Shown in pieces: positions 26,452-37,022 of a stretch of 64,000 nt of DNA. The notes below the pieces were generated by a model, which saw only the letters and a list, made by a program, of their open reading frames with translations, was not told the origin of the DNA and searched no databases. This DNA is from a virus. The stretch is taken from the IMG/VR virus record IMGVR_UViG_3300045988_108212, positions 1 to 64,000 of that record; one strand, 5' to 3'. Made by a program: the position numbers and the translations under genes. Positions within the stretch are counted from its first letter, which is position 1; each line of letters starts with the position of its first letter.

Positions 26452-29400
26452 GTGAATAACGAATTGGTATTAGAAAGTAATACATTAGATCTTTTATTTG
26501 TAAAAGATGGAGAACAAGGTACAGATGGTAAAATGCTGTATACTTGGATTAAATACGCAAAAGATGATAAAGGTACCGATATGACCGATGATCCGCAGAG
26601 TGCAGTTTATATTGGTATTTCTTATAATAACGAAAGCAACGTAGAATCTGATGATCCTACACAGTATGCATGGACTAAGATTCAGGGTGCTGATGGTAAA
26701 AAGGGTGAAGACGCTTATACGATCGTATTAGAGAATGAGAATATTTCTTTTGCCACGGATGAAAATAGAAATCCATTATCAGAACAGGCTTATACTTCCA
26801 GAATTACTGTTATGAAGGGAGCTACACCTGTCACTGATTTTGGTATTGGAGATATTGCTAAAACACAAGGAATTGCTATCGCTAAAGGTGACGATGGAAT
26901 TTCTATTAGTGTCGTAAATGGAAATGCTTTACCTGCCGATTCTGGAGAAATCACTGTGCCTATTTCTGTAGGTGGTACGGTGTTTAAGAAAGTGCTGACT
27001 TGGACTTGTGCCAAGAAAGGCGAACAAGGTGTTAAAGGTGATAAAGGTGACACTGGGCAAAAGGGTCAAGATGGTACTTCCGTAAAAATCACATCTAAAT
27101 CAGTTACATATCAAACGTCAACTTCTGGCACAACAGCACCTACAGGAACGTGGTCAACTACTGTTCCTACGGTTAATAATGGGCAATATCTCTGGACTAA
27201 AACTACAGTACAATACTCAGATGGTAATAAGACTGAAGCGTATTCTGTATCTTACAAAGGTACAAACGGTACGAACGGAACTTCTGTAACTGTAAGTAAA
27301 ACGGAAATCACTTATCAAGTTAGTACAAGCGGAACTACTGCTCCTACAGGTACGTGGAGTACAACAATGCCAAGTTGTGACCAAGGACAGTATTTATGGA
27401 CTAAGACTTATGTTAAGTATTCTGATGGGAAAGATACTACTTCTTATAGTGTAAGTTACAAAGGGGTTGATGGGGAGAAGTTTGCATTTAATATGCTGAG
27501 AGAAACCAATCAAGGTAGTAAGCACTGGGTTAATATGGGAGCATCTGGCAAATATTCTGTAGAATCTATTACTACGGAGGACAGTATAAATGCTGTAAAA
27601 TTAATATGTACAAAACCAATTGCGTCTAATGAATGGCAATTTTGCGAGTTTTCAGATTATGAGATGCTTAAGAGTTTAAAAGCATCAACTACTTATACTT
27701 TATCTTACGATATTAAAACAAATAGATCAGGGAAAATTTTACACAATATCAAAACTGGTGGTGGACAAAAACCGTTCTTTGCGAATGATATTAGTTGTAA
27801 AGTTTTAGGGAATGAAACATGGGAGCACGTTTCATTAAAAATGACAAGCGGTACAACATTGCCAAACTTAGATAGACAGGTAATATATATGTTTGATAAC
27901 GCCCTTTCAAAAGTTGGTTATTCAATCATCAAAAATCTCAAACTTACAGAAGGTATAGTAGACACACCTTGGGCACCTCATCCAGAAGATCTTGAAGGTC
28001 GTGGAGTCTCTGAAACAGTTCAATACTACCTAGCAACATCTCAAGCCTCTGGAGTAACTTCTTCTACTTCTGGATGGAGTACAGATATTACAACTCAAAA
28101 ACTAACTGCGGACAAAAAATATTTATGGAATTGTTATCAGACTAAATATTCAGACGGTACGAGTGAACCTATTAGCACACCCAAAGTTATTGGTGTATAC
28201 GGGGATAAGGGAAATGGTATCGTGGCAAGTGTCCAAAGACCTAATAAGACCGAATTTTGGTGGAACCAAGTTGGTGCAGTAGGTCATAAAGATACATTTG
28301 ATGATTCATCTAATACTCGTAACAATTGTAGAGTTGGAGATATTTTTACAGTTATGGGAACGTCCACAGAGGGTAATTCGCATACGGTCTATTATAAGAG
28401 CGCAACTGATAGCGGAGATTTAGCAGGAGAATGTATTAATCATGTTATTGCTGAAAGTGGGGCTGATGCCAAAAACCTCTCTATCACACCTTCATCTCAA
28501 TATTTCAAAAGCACAGATGGTGGCAAAACATTTGCACCAAATACAATCACAATCAAACCTACTATTCAAGGAGAAATCAATTTCGGTAAATGGCAGTATT
28601 CTATTGATGGTGGTGTTAGCTTCGCTGATGCTGTGAGTGGACAGAAAGGCTTGACGATCAGTAATAATGTGCTGACTGTTAACAAAGATAGCAGTTTATA
28701 TAGTGACGCTGTTACTATGGTTACTTTCAGAGCTGTTGCAAGTGATAGTAGTTTTTATGACACTTGTAGTATTGCTAAGTTGTATGATGTTACGGATATT
28801 GGTGATGGTAGGAATTTATTGTGGAATAGTAATTTTGCTAAGACCGATGAAGCTATTAGGGCAAGTGCTTATACTACATGGGGATTTTGCTTAAGAGGAA
28901 ATACATATACTGCAACAATTGATACATCTGTTAAACATAATGATTTTAATACATTAAAAGTTGTTGGTACTAAAGCTGGTGAAAACGGTGGACAAGATTT
29001 AATATACAGGATTAAAGGGCTGAATTTAAATGAAATAAAATTCACAGAAACAGGTGCAAAATACACTTTATCTTTTTATGCAAAAGCTTCTGTCGATTGT
29101 AATTTTAGTGTACGATACGCCTATGATTCATACGCAAAAGATACTAATGCTGCGTTAGGTACAGATTGGAAAAGATATGAAATTCAAATGCATCTGACCA
29201 CAACTTCATATCAAACTGCTTTAATATTTAAAATGGATGCTGCTTCTACAGTCTATTTTTCTGAATTTAAGCTTGAAAAAGGTTCTTCCGCAACTGGTTA
29301 TTCTACTGCACCAGAAGATGTTCAAACAGCGATTTTATCTACAAAAAACAGTATAGATTCTGTTAGCAGTAAGGTAGATACCAACACAAAATCAATTCAG

Positions 29401-32400
29401 GACAAAGTTTCCAAGACTACTTATGAAAGAGAGTTAACACTTGTTAAAGGCGATTTATCTAAAGCAAATGAGGGGTTAAATAAGTGGAGATATGAGATTT
29501 ATCCTAAGAGTTTGTTTGATAGTGCGGATCAGGGGAAAAGTACGATTGATATTTTTGCAAAGAATTTGAACTTAGTGCCTAGCCAGACCGTGTTGTTAGA
29601 TGATGCTAGTTTGAGCACAGGTATGGGTTATGGAGATAATCACATTGCTTATGCATTAACTTTTGTGAAAATGAGTGCTAAGAAAGATGTTACAACAAAG
29701 ATGTTTAATGATGATGGAGCTTCTTTGTATGTTAATGGGGGATTGATTATTACTCGTCCAAGTGAGTACACTAATGGAGAAGAAATTACATTCACTCTTG
29801 CACAAGGTTGGAATTGTATTGAGGTTGTTGTTAATGAGGGCGGTGGTGATGAAGGATTCCGCTTCTCTACTACTCTTTCTAAGTTGTCCGAATGTCAGAT
29901 GATGAACTGTTATTATGGTACACCTGTTGCAAGACAAAGTAGAATTACAAATCAGTTGGTTGATGTTACTAAGAATTTGAATGGAGTTACATCAACTGTA
30001 CAAGATGTTATGACCGCGGTTGGAAATTCTGGAAATATTACTGAATTTAAAAACAATTATAGTAAGTGGAAACAAAGTGTAGATAAGATTGAGACTCGTG
30101 TTGGAGAAAAGTATGTTACTAATGAGAAGTTCAATGGATTGGAAATTGGTGGTAGGAATCTATTAACAAAAGACGATTGTAATATGTCTAAATGGCAAAA
30201 TTTATATCCAGCCCATTGTAAAATTACAAGCAATGATTACTTAAATCATGTAGATTATGTTCCTACTGGCAACGAATGGGAAATTGTTTATACGAAAATC
30301 TCAGTTACGAAAGGACAAAAATATATTTTGTCTTTTGATTATAAGATTAATAAAGCCTACAACTACCTAAGTGGACAAAAATATGGTGTATATTTATCAA
30401 CGTCTGTGCCAACAAACGCAGCACCTGCAAACATTATTACAAATGGACAATATGTTATAGAAAATACGGTTACGAACATCAAACGTGGTATGATCACTTT
30501 TACTGCCGCTGTCGATACGCTTTATATTGTAATTAATGGCGGTTGCATAGATGATAACCAGACTGGATTAAGTTTTGAGTTTAATAAATGGAAGCTTGAA
30601 AAAGGCAACAAAGCAACAGACTGGACTCCAGCACCTGAAGACAATGAGATCAACGGGCAGAATTTAGTGAGTAACTTACCTGATAATTGGGAACAGGGCG
30701 GCTTCGATGACGGAAAGACAAATATTGGATGTGATTATGCAACAAATAAGACAAGCATGACAACTCGTATTCGATGTGCAGAATTGATTCCAGTGTCTGG
30801 TCAAGTTACAATATCAAACGCTTATGCAAATTCACAAAAACCTATTCAATATTGGATCACAGCTTTTGACGTTAACAAAAAATGGTTAGGGAAAGACTAT
30901 GTAAGTACAGCATGGACAAACTTCCCTGCCACTGTTGACATGAAAGACGCCAAATATTTAGCCATTATATTAAGATATAATGATGAATCAGCAATCACAC
31001 CTTCCGACATCTCAAAAATCTGCTTAAAAATCGAACGTGGTACTTCTGCTACACCATTCACATTAGCACCTGAAGATGTGAACGGAAAAATTGTAAATGT
31101 AGAAACTATTGCTAATCAGACCGCTAAGAAGTTTGAGTGGATTGTTAAGGGCGGAGATAAATCATCTAGCATGGTGCTTACAGATGATTTTTTGAATATC
31201 GTTGCTAATAATATTAATCTGACTGGGAAAGTTACTTTTAATAGTTTTGATAGTGCTGCGCAAAAGAAAATTAATGACATTGATACGAAAGCGGGAAACG
31301 CATCTACTGCTGCAAGCACCGCACAAGCATCTGCGAACAATGCAAAAGCTGCCGCTGATAAGGCTCAGAGCAGTGTTGATAGATTAGAAATTGGTGGTAG
31401 GAACTTGGTAAGGTTAGGCGGGCTATCAGGTAATGGTGCAACTTCTTTTTCTTACGATAAAACAACAGACACATACACCATAGTATCACCCGTTGTCTCA
31501 ACAGTATGGGGAATTGGGGCTGCCGTAAAATATGACGATAACCATAAAGTATTAATACCATATGGGAAAACATACATATTATCTTTTGAAGTTAAAGTGC
31601 CACAGGCATTATCTATCAATATTGATATAAACAACTATGCTGTTTCCGGAAGTTCCTGGGCAGGAAATGATAATGATGCTGGTTCTGCGAGAGGTCAGTC
31701 TTCTTATAGTATTCCTGCAAACACATGGACAAAAGTATGGGTCAGATGGGCAAACACTAATACTAAGAATACAAATAAGGTTGATTTATATGATAATTCT
31801 AGTATTGGATTAGTAACTAAAGATTGTACTTCTGCTGTTACATGGCAAATCAGACATGTAAAAGGTGAATTGGGCAACAAACCTACAGATTGGACTCCAG
31901 CTCCTGAAGATGTATCTCAGGATGCAACTAATAAAGCAAGTCAAGCTTTAACAGATGCCAAAAACTACTCTTCTAATGCAGTTAACTGGGTAACTAGCAA
32001 TGGTTCATCAACAACGAGTCTTAATTCAATGGTCAAAAAATGGACAGATGGGGCAGTAAGCGATACAACGCAGATCAATGGTGGATGGATTAAAGCAAAT
32101 ACTATTACTGCTAGTAAGATAGCATTAGCTGACTTTACAAACTATTCTCAGCTAACCAGAGATACAGCAGCTACATATGGATTTGCAGTGACTGATGATA
32201 CAGATGGTACATGGTTTAGTACGCAAGGCATTAGGCGAGATCAGTTTATTTCTGAAATATTCCCTTGCAATGGCGGTGAAAGTTATCTTATCGAATATGA
32301 TATTTCCACCAATGCAAAGGGAGCAAACAATTCAACCGACACTAAAAATTATATTGGTGTAGCCATTGGTGTTTATGGATATACAGGAACTGTTGGCTCT

Positions 32401-34005
32401 AATGGACTTCCAAACAAAGCAACAAATATTTGGTATGCGACTAGAGTAACTGGATCTGAAGCTGCTGCAGTAACACACGTAAAAACTACAATTACTACTT
32501 CTACAGCTACAAAACAATTCCGAATATTTTTACAATCAAACGGATACTATTTTGAAGGCACAACAAAGATTAGAAACCTATCTGTTCGTAGAATGTATGG
32601 CGGAACACTTATTGTAGATGGCTCTATCACAGCAGACAAAATTGCAACAGATGCCATTAAATCTCGTAACTACATCTCTTCTGGTGGTACACAAGGGTCA
32701 TTTTTGAATCTGAGCGATGGTAGTTTTCAGAGTCCTAATTTAAGTTGGGATGCAAATGGTAATTTGATTGCCAAGAATGCGAACCTGAGTGGTGAGATTA
32801 CAGCTACGAATGGTAGTATTGCGGGATGGACTATAATTAGCAATAAGATGTATACGACAGGATCTGGTAAATATACAGGTATTGGTAAGTACGGAAGTGC
32901 TTATGCTTTCTGGGCGGGTGCAACAAGCAATGATAACGGAAATAGTGCCGTATTTAAGGTTGGTCACACTGGTAAATTAACTGCCACAGATGCAGATATT
33001 ACGGGAACAATTACTGCTACGAATGGTAAGATTGGTCGCTATGATATTACGTCAACATATCTGATGACAAACAGCGGAAGTAATGCATCTGGTATTGGTG
33101 GAAATCAGGCTTTCTGGGCTGGTGCTGAAGATAGCAATTCTGCTCCTTTTAGAGTTGGGTATGATGGAGTTTTGTGGGCAGAAAATGCCGCCATAAGAGG
33201 AAGTATCGAAACTGGAAATTTAGGAGATGAAGGAGATACTGTCTCTATAATAAACGGACATATAGGAATACAAGGTACGTCAAATAATGTTGAAATTTAT
33301 TCAACTGGATTTAAATTTGGTATTGATGGGGACTATTATTTAATGTCAGTTTCAGAAGGAGTCAAATGCTATCGAAATTTGTATGCAACAGATTTTGTAG
33401 CGGACGGTTGGCTTTATTGCTCAGAAGTGCATAGTTCTGGTGCAGTTGTCATTGGTGCTGATAGCGAATCTTTTTATTGGGCGCATGGGTACCAAATTGC
33501 ACGTGGAACATCGTGGGGAGGTGTATGTGTCGGTGATGATAGTCAACAATTGCGACTTTATGGTTCGTCTATCTGGGCATCACACAGCATTTCTACTTCA
33601 GACGAAAATCTTAAAGAAAACTTTACTACTCTTGATCAATATGAAAATTTCTATATGAATCTAAATCCTATAGGGTTCAATTACATTGGAGATTATGATG
33701 GTAAGAAAACTCATTTTGGATTTGGTGCTCATAAAACAGAAGACGTCTTAGAATCCGAGGGTTATGATGCTGATAAATTTGCTGTAGTAACACATAGACC
33801 TCTTGTACAGGAAGATATTGAAAAGCGTTTTGGCAAAGATGTTGAGGTCGATATTGAAACGGAATATGGTGTTTCTTATACAGAATTTATTGCATTAAAT
33901 ACCCATATGATTCAAAAGACACGAAGAGAACTTACCAAAGTCAAACAAGAAAAAGCCGACCTAGAAGTTCGATTACAAGCAATCGAAGCAAAGCTTGGAC
34001 TTTAA
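26452..34005 (+). CDS. giant modular tail fibre / receptor-binding protein with a C-terminal S74-type intramolecular chaperone domain
   Basis: There is a short collagen-like run (GEQGVKGDKGDTGQKGQDG), duplicated 68-aa modules, and five modules ending ..KLEKG..AT.W.PAPED. The C-terminus is SDENLKE...GFGAHK...coiled coil. The start could be GTG 26452 or the in-frame TTG 26464. Confidence 0.8.
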   Translation: MNNELVLESNTLDLLFVKDGEQGTDGKMLYTWIKYAKDDKGTDMTDDPQSAVYIGISYNNESNVESDDPTQYAWTKIQGADGKKGEDAYTIVLENENISFATDENRNPLSEQAYTSRITVMKGATPVTDFGIGDIAKTQGIAIAKGDDGISISVVNGNALPADSGEITVPISVGGTVFKKVLTWTCAKKGEQGVKGDKGDTGQKGQDGTSVKITSKSVTYQTSTSGTTAPTGTWSTTVPTVNNGQYLWTKTTVQYSDGNKTEAYSVSYKGTNGTNGTSVTVSKTEITYQVSTSGTTAPTGTWSTTMPSCDQGQYLWTKTYVKYSDGKDTTSYSVSYKGVDGEKFAFNMLRETNQGSKHWVNMGASGKYSVESITTEDSINAVKLICTKPIASNEWQFCEFSDYEMLKSLKASTTYTLSYDIKTNRSGKILHNIKTGGGQKPFFANDISCKVLGNETWEHVSLKMTSGTTLPNLDRQVIYMFDNALSKVGYSIIKNLKLTEGIVDTPWAPHPEDLEGRGVSETVQYYLATSQASGVTSSTSGWSTDITTQKLTADKKYLWNCYQTKYSDGTSEPISTPKVIGVYGDKGNGIVASVQRPNKTEFWWNQVGAVGHKDTFDDSSNTRNNCRVGDIFTVMGTSTEGNSHTVYYKSATDSGDLAGECINHVIAESGADAKNLSITPSSQYFKSTDGGKTFAPNTITIKPTIQGEINFGKWQYSIDGGVSFADAVSGQKGLTISNNVLTVNKDSSLYSDAVTMVTFRAVASDSSFYDTCSIAKLYDVTDIGDGRNLLWNSNFAKTDEAIRASAYTTWGFCLRGNTYTATIDTSVKHNDFNTLKVVGTKAGENGGQDLIYRIKGLNLNEIKFTETGAKYTLSFYAKASVDCNFSVRYAYDSYAKDTNAALGTDWKRYEIQMHLTTTSYQTALIFKMDAASTVYFSEFKLEKGSSATGYSTAPEDVQTAILSTKNSIDSVSSKVDTNTKSIQDKVSKTTYERELTLVKGDLSKANEGLNKWRYEIYPKSLFDSADQGKSTIDIFAKNLNLVPSQTVLLDDASLSTGMGYGDNHIAYALTFVKMSAKKDVTTKMFNDDGASLYVNGGLIITRPSEYTNGEEITFTLAQGWNCIEVVVNEGGGDEGFRFSTTLSKLSECQMMNCYYGTPVARQSRITNQLVDVTKNLNGVTSTVQDVMTAVGNSGNITEFKNNYSKWKQSVDKIETRVGEKYVTNEKFNGLEIGGRNLLTKDDCNMSKWQNLYPAHCKITSNDYLNHVDYVPTGNEWEIVYTKISVTKGQKYILSFDYKINKAYNYLSGQKYGVYLSTSVPTNAAPANIITNGQYVIENTVTNIKRGMITFTAAVDTLYIVINGGCIDDNQTGLSFEFNKWKLEKGNKATDWTPAPEDNEINGQNLVSNLPDNWEQGGFDDGKTNIGCDYATNKTSMTTRIRCAELIPVSGQVTISNAYANSQKPIQYWITAFDVNKKWLGKDYVSTAWTNFPATVDMKDAKYLAIILRYNDESAITPSDISKICLKIERGTSATPFTLAPEDVNGKIVNVETIANQTAKKFEWIVKGGDKSSSMVLTDDFLNIVANNINLTGKVTFNSFDSAAQKKINDIDTKAGNASTAASTAQASANNAKAAADKAQSSVDRLEIGGRNLVRLGGLSGNGATSFSYDKTTDTYTIVSPVVSTVWGIGAAVKYDDNHKVLIPYGKTYILSFEVKVPQALSINIDINNYAVSGSSWAGNDNDAGSARGQSSYSIPANTWTKVWVRWANTNTKNTNKVDLYDNSSIGLVTKDCTSAVTWQIRHVKGELGNKPTDWTPAPEDVSQDATNKASQALTDAKNYSSNAVNWVTSNGSSTTSLNSMVKKWTDGAVSDTTQINGGWIKANTITASKIALADFTNYSQLTRDTAATYGFAVTDDTDGTWFSTQGIRRDQFISEIFPCNGGESYLIEYDISTNAKGANNSTDTKNYIGVAIGVYGYTGTVGSNGLPNKATNIWYATRVTGSEAAAVTHVKTTITTSTATKQFRIFLQSNGYYFEGTTKIRNLSVRRMYGGTLIVDGSITADKIATDAIKSRNYISSGGTQGSFLNLSDGSFQSPNLSWDANGNLIAKNANLSGEITATNGSIAGWTIISNKMYTTGSGKYTGIGKYGSAYAFWAGATSNDNGNSAVFKVGHTGKLTATDADITGTITATNGKIGRYDITSTYLMTNSGSNASGIGGNQAFWAGAEDSNSAPFRVGYDGVLWAENAAIRGSIETGNLGDEGDTVSIINGHIGIQGTSNNVEIYSTGFKFGIDGDYYLMSVSEGVKCYRNLYATDFVADGWLYCSEVHSSGAVVIGADSESFYWAHGYQIARGTSWGGVCVGDDSQQLRLYGSSIWASHSISTSDENLKENFTTLDQYENFYMNLNPIGFNYIGDYDGKKTHFGFGAHKTEDVLESEGYDADKFAVVTHRPLVQEDIEKRFGKDVEVDIETEYGVSYTEFIALNTHMIQKTRRELTKVKQEKADLEVRLQAIEAKLGL

Positions 34006-34111
34006 GAACGGATAAAAACAACTAAATAAAACATAAATTTGATCGTACATAGAGCAGTTTTCGGACTGCTCTTTTTGTATGCTCAAAAACAGAAAGAAAG
34101 GTGAAATACAT

Positions 34112-34942
34112 ATGGTATACACAGTTAAATTAGATAGCTCTGACGACAAAGTATTTAATCTTATGCAGTTTAATTCTATGACTTTTGACATGGAATGTAA
34201 ACTTGTCGTTTGCACAGATGATCTAAAAACGGTTAAATCAGCATTTACAAACTTTAAAACATTAGACATTTACAGAGATGATGTGCAGATTGCAACTTAC
34301 ACATGCTTTAACAATTATAAAGAAATCTCTTTACAACAGGGATTATATAACAACACAAATGGAGAATGGGAAGATGCACTGATTGTATCTCTTACAAGAG
34401 CGAATATTGTAGAACAAGTGCAACGACTTGATGAAAAAGTTAATCAAATCGTAGATATTAATACATTAACTCTTGATGAATACAAGAACTATTTACAGGA
34501 GAAAAACAAAGCTGCTCTTGCTGAGTTCTTAGCAGATCAGAGCGTAGAATTCAATGGTAAGCCTTATGGAGTATCTGAAGAAGATCAGAATGAAATGGCT
34601 CTGAACTTTATGCAATATCAAGCTCTTACTACTGCTGGTCAGCAAGTAACTCTTGAATGGCATAGTAAGAAGAGTGCGTGTGAAACATTCACTGCTGAGG
34701 AATTTGTGCAATTAACAGCAATGATCAAAGCATTTATCTATCCTTATTTCCAACAGATGAATGTAACAAAAGCGCAAATTTTCAGTTCTACTAGCAAAGA
34801 AGAATTGGACAAGATTGAAATTAAATATGAAGTAATTCCTGTGCAGTCAACAGAACCTACTACTCCTTCAGAGGGAAAAGATTTAGTTACGACTGATAAG
34901 ACGGATGAGACAGGAAAAGATTCAGTTACGACTGAAGAATAA
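34112..34942 (+). CDS. hypothetical protein downstream of the fibre gene (possible fibre accessory protein)
   Basis: ATG follows GAAAGGTGAAATACAT. A C-terminal repeat GKD(L/S)VTT(D/E) is present. Confidence 0.55.
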   Translation: MVYTVKLDSSDDKVFNLMQFNSMTFDMECKLVVCTDDLKTVKSAFTNFKTLDIYRDDVQIATYTCFNNYKEISLQQGLYNNTNGEWEDALIVSLTRANIVEQVQRLDEKVNQIVDINTLTLDEYKNYLQEKNKAALAEFLADQSVEFNGKPYGVSEEDQNEMALNFMQYQALTTAGQQVTLEWHSKKSACETFTAEEFVQLTAMIKAFIYPYFQQMNVTKAQIFSSTSKEELDKIEIKYEVIPVQSTEPTTPSEGKDLVTTDKTDETGKDSVTTEE

Positions 34943-34973
34943 TTAGTTTAACAGAGAAAAGGAGAAAATTAAT

Positions 34974-35396
34974 ATGGAAATGACAAATATGCAGGCAGAT
35001 ATGATCTTAGGACAGTTAAATACAATTTATGCATTCCTTATGAAAAACAGTGAATTAGTACCATGTACTTTAAGTGCTGGGCTTGCCAAGAATATTAGAA
35101 AGATTCAAGAAGAGCTGAAGGAATATTTTGAAGAAAAACGCAAACTCTTACAGAAATATGATATCACTACTGATGCCCAGATCAATAGCACAGAGAACGG
35201 ACAGAAATTCTTAGCAGAGTTTAATCCTTTAAGCATGGAAAACTCAGGGGTTGAGTTCCATAAGATGAGAATGACTTTTAGCGAAGTTTGTGATATTATT
35301 GAGAATTGTCAAGGAATTCTTGAGGGAGACATCATGATTTTACAGCTTATTTGTAAAGATGAAAGTGAGAACGAAGATCAAAAAGAAGGTGAATAA
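34974..35396 (+). CDS. hypothetical protein
   Basis: 140-aa ORF. GGAG lies 9 nt upstream of the ATG. Confidence 0.55.
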   Translation: MEMTNMQADMILGQLNTIYAFLMKNSELVPCTLSAGLAKNIRKIQEELKEYFEEKRKLLQKYDITTDAQINSTENGQKFLAEFNPLSMENSGVEFHKMRMTFSEVCDIIENCQGILEGDIMILQLICKDESENEDQKEGE

Positions 35397-35825
35397 ATGT
35401 TGCATGTAAAGAAATCATGTAAATATCTTATCTTATTCCTTATTGGAGCATTTGCTTATTGTGGAATTGAAATCATCTGGCGAGGATACACACATTGGAC
35501 AATGGGAATGTTAGGCGGTACTTGCTTCATTCTTATTGGGCTGATAAATAACAGTCGCTTCTTCTACCATCTTATGCCATTTCGTGAGCAGATGGTTCTC
35601 GGAGGATTGATTGTTACTGTAATGGAATTCATAGCAGGTTGTATTTTAAATTTATGGTTAGGTTTAGGCATTTGGGATTACTCTCAGATGCCTTTTAATC
35701 TGTGTGGGCAGATTTGCTTACCTTATACAATTTTATGGATTTTACTGAGTGCAGTATGCATTGTTGTAGATGATTCGCTGAGATATTTATTATTTGGAGA
35801 AGAAAAACCAGAATATGTTTGGTAA
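35397..35825 (+). CDS. multi-pass membrane protein (about 4 TM) in the lysis region
   Basis: The start abuts the upstream stop (TAAATG). Four hydrophobic segments are visible. It may resemble PF06541/CmpB-type membrane proteins (from memory). Confidence 0.55.
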   Translation: MLHVKKSCKYLILFLIGAFAYCGIEIIWRGYTHWTMGMLGGTCFILIGLINNSRFFYHLMPFREQMVLGGLIVTVMEFIAGCILNLWLGLGIWDYSQMPFNLCGQICLPYTILWILLSAVCIVVDDSLRYLLFGEEKPEYVW

Positions 35826-35868
35826 AGACTTAAAGGAGTGATTTTTATAAAATAATCGAGGTAATTAC

Positions 35869-36480
35869 ATGATAGAAAATTGGAATATTATAATTAATTT
35901 TTTATCTCAACATGGGGCTGCATTGACAGTGTTTGTCTTTGCGGTTCTTTTGTTTGCAGATAAAATTTTTGATGTCACTTCCAAATTAAACGAAAAGTTT
36001 GGTTTTGAGACACGTGCTTCGTTAGAAAAGAAACATCAAAAAGAAGTGATTGAACAACAACGCTTAATGATCGATAAGCATACAGAAACTTTGGATAAAC
36101 TAACACAGATTTTGAGCAATCAGAATAAAGATATTCAAGTTATCAAAGACATGATGAGAGAGCAAGCCGCATTATTAACAGACCAAAAGGTAGGCATGGA
36201 ACGACTATTTGCACATACAGCTGAACTGGCTAAAAAATTAGATGATGCGTGCGCAATGGACGTTGCTTTATCTGAAGGTGTTGCTGCAATGCTAAGAGAT
36301 AGAATCAAACAAGCCCACAGATATTACAAGCAAAAAGGTTGTATTTCCCCTACGGGGCTTGAAAACATCAATGCTATTTATAAGGTATACCATGACCAAT
36401 TACATCAAAATGGCGTTGGAGAAAAAATGTATAACGAAATTAAAGCATTGCCTATTAAGGATGAAGAGTCATTCTTGTAG
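35869..36480 (+). CDS. N-terminally membrane-anchored coiled-coil protein
   Basis: One N-terminal hydrophobic helix (AALTVFVFAVLLFA). The remainder is charged and helical. Confidence 0.55.
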   Translation: MIENWNIIINFLSQHGAALTVFVFAVLLFADKIFDVTSKLNEKFGFETRASLEKKHQKEVIEQQRLMIDKHTETLDKLTQILSNQNKDIQVIKDMMREQAALLTDQKVGMERLFAHTAELAKKLDDACAMDVALSEGVAAMLRDRIKQAHRYYKQKGCISPTGLENINAIYKVYHDQLHQNGVGEKMYNEIKALPIKDEESFL

Positions 36481-36510
36481 GTCTTTTTTATTGCAAAGGA
36501 GGATTGCATT

Positions 36511-36924
36511 ATGAACAAATTTAAAGAATTTTTGGCAAGTATTAATTGGAGTGAAGTTAAACCACATACTGTTGTAAGTCTGATTTTACAGGTGTTGGCG
36601 TGGATCAATATGGGATTAACTGCGGCAGGCAAACCAGTGATTGACGTACATGAAGATGTAATTAACCAAGTAGTTGGTATTGCTTTTGTAGTTGGAACAT
36701 CTCTGTATGGAGATTGGAAAAATCATAGTTTTACATGGACAGCTCAGTTTGCAGATGAAATTGCTTACGCTCTGAGAGACGGTAGATTAACTCTTGAAGA
36801 GGCTGAGGAAATCAAGAATAAGATTGGTCAAAAAGATGTGATCGTAAAAGTTGATAAGGATTTATTTGAAAAAGAATTAGATGATGTTACTGAAGGCAAA
36901 GAATCTGATGACATTGTTGGATAA
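36511..36924 (+). CDS. holin (SPP1-holin-like)
   Basis: Two TM segments and a GDWKNHSFTWTAQ motif resemble the SPP1-family holin signature. It lies directly upstream of the endolysin. Confidence 0.65.
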   Translation: MNKFKEFLASINWSEVKPHTVVSLILQVLAWINMGLTAAGKPVIDVHEDVINQVVGIAFVVGTSLYGDWKNHSFTWTAQFADEIAYALRDGRLTLEEAEEIKNKIGQKDVIVKVDKDLFEKELDDVTEGKESDDIVG

Positions 36925-37022
36925 TTTGCTAAGTGAGTAATTAGTTATTGAATAATTAGTTATTGAGCAGTTGCTGTTATGGTGACTGCTCTTTTTAGAT
37001 AAAAGAAAGGAGCCTGATATTT

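Noticed and set aside
26452-34005. Diversity-generating retroelement targeting the fibre C-terminus
   Set aside because: No reverse transcriptase gene and no template/variable repeat pair were recognised anywhere in the window.
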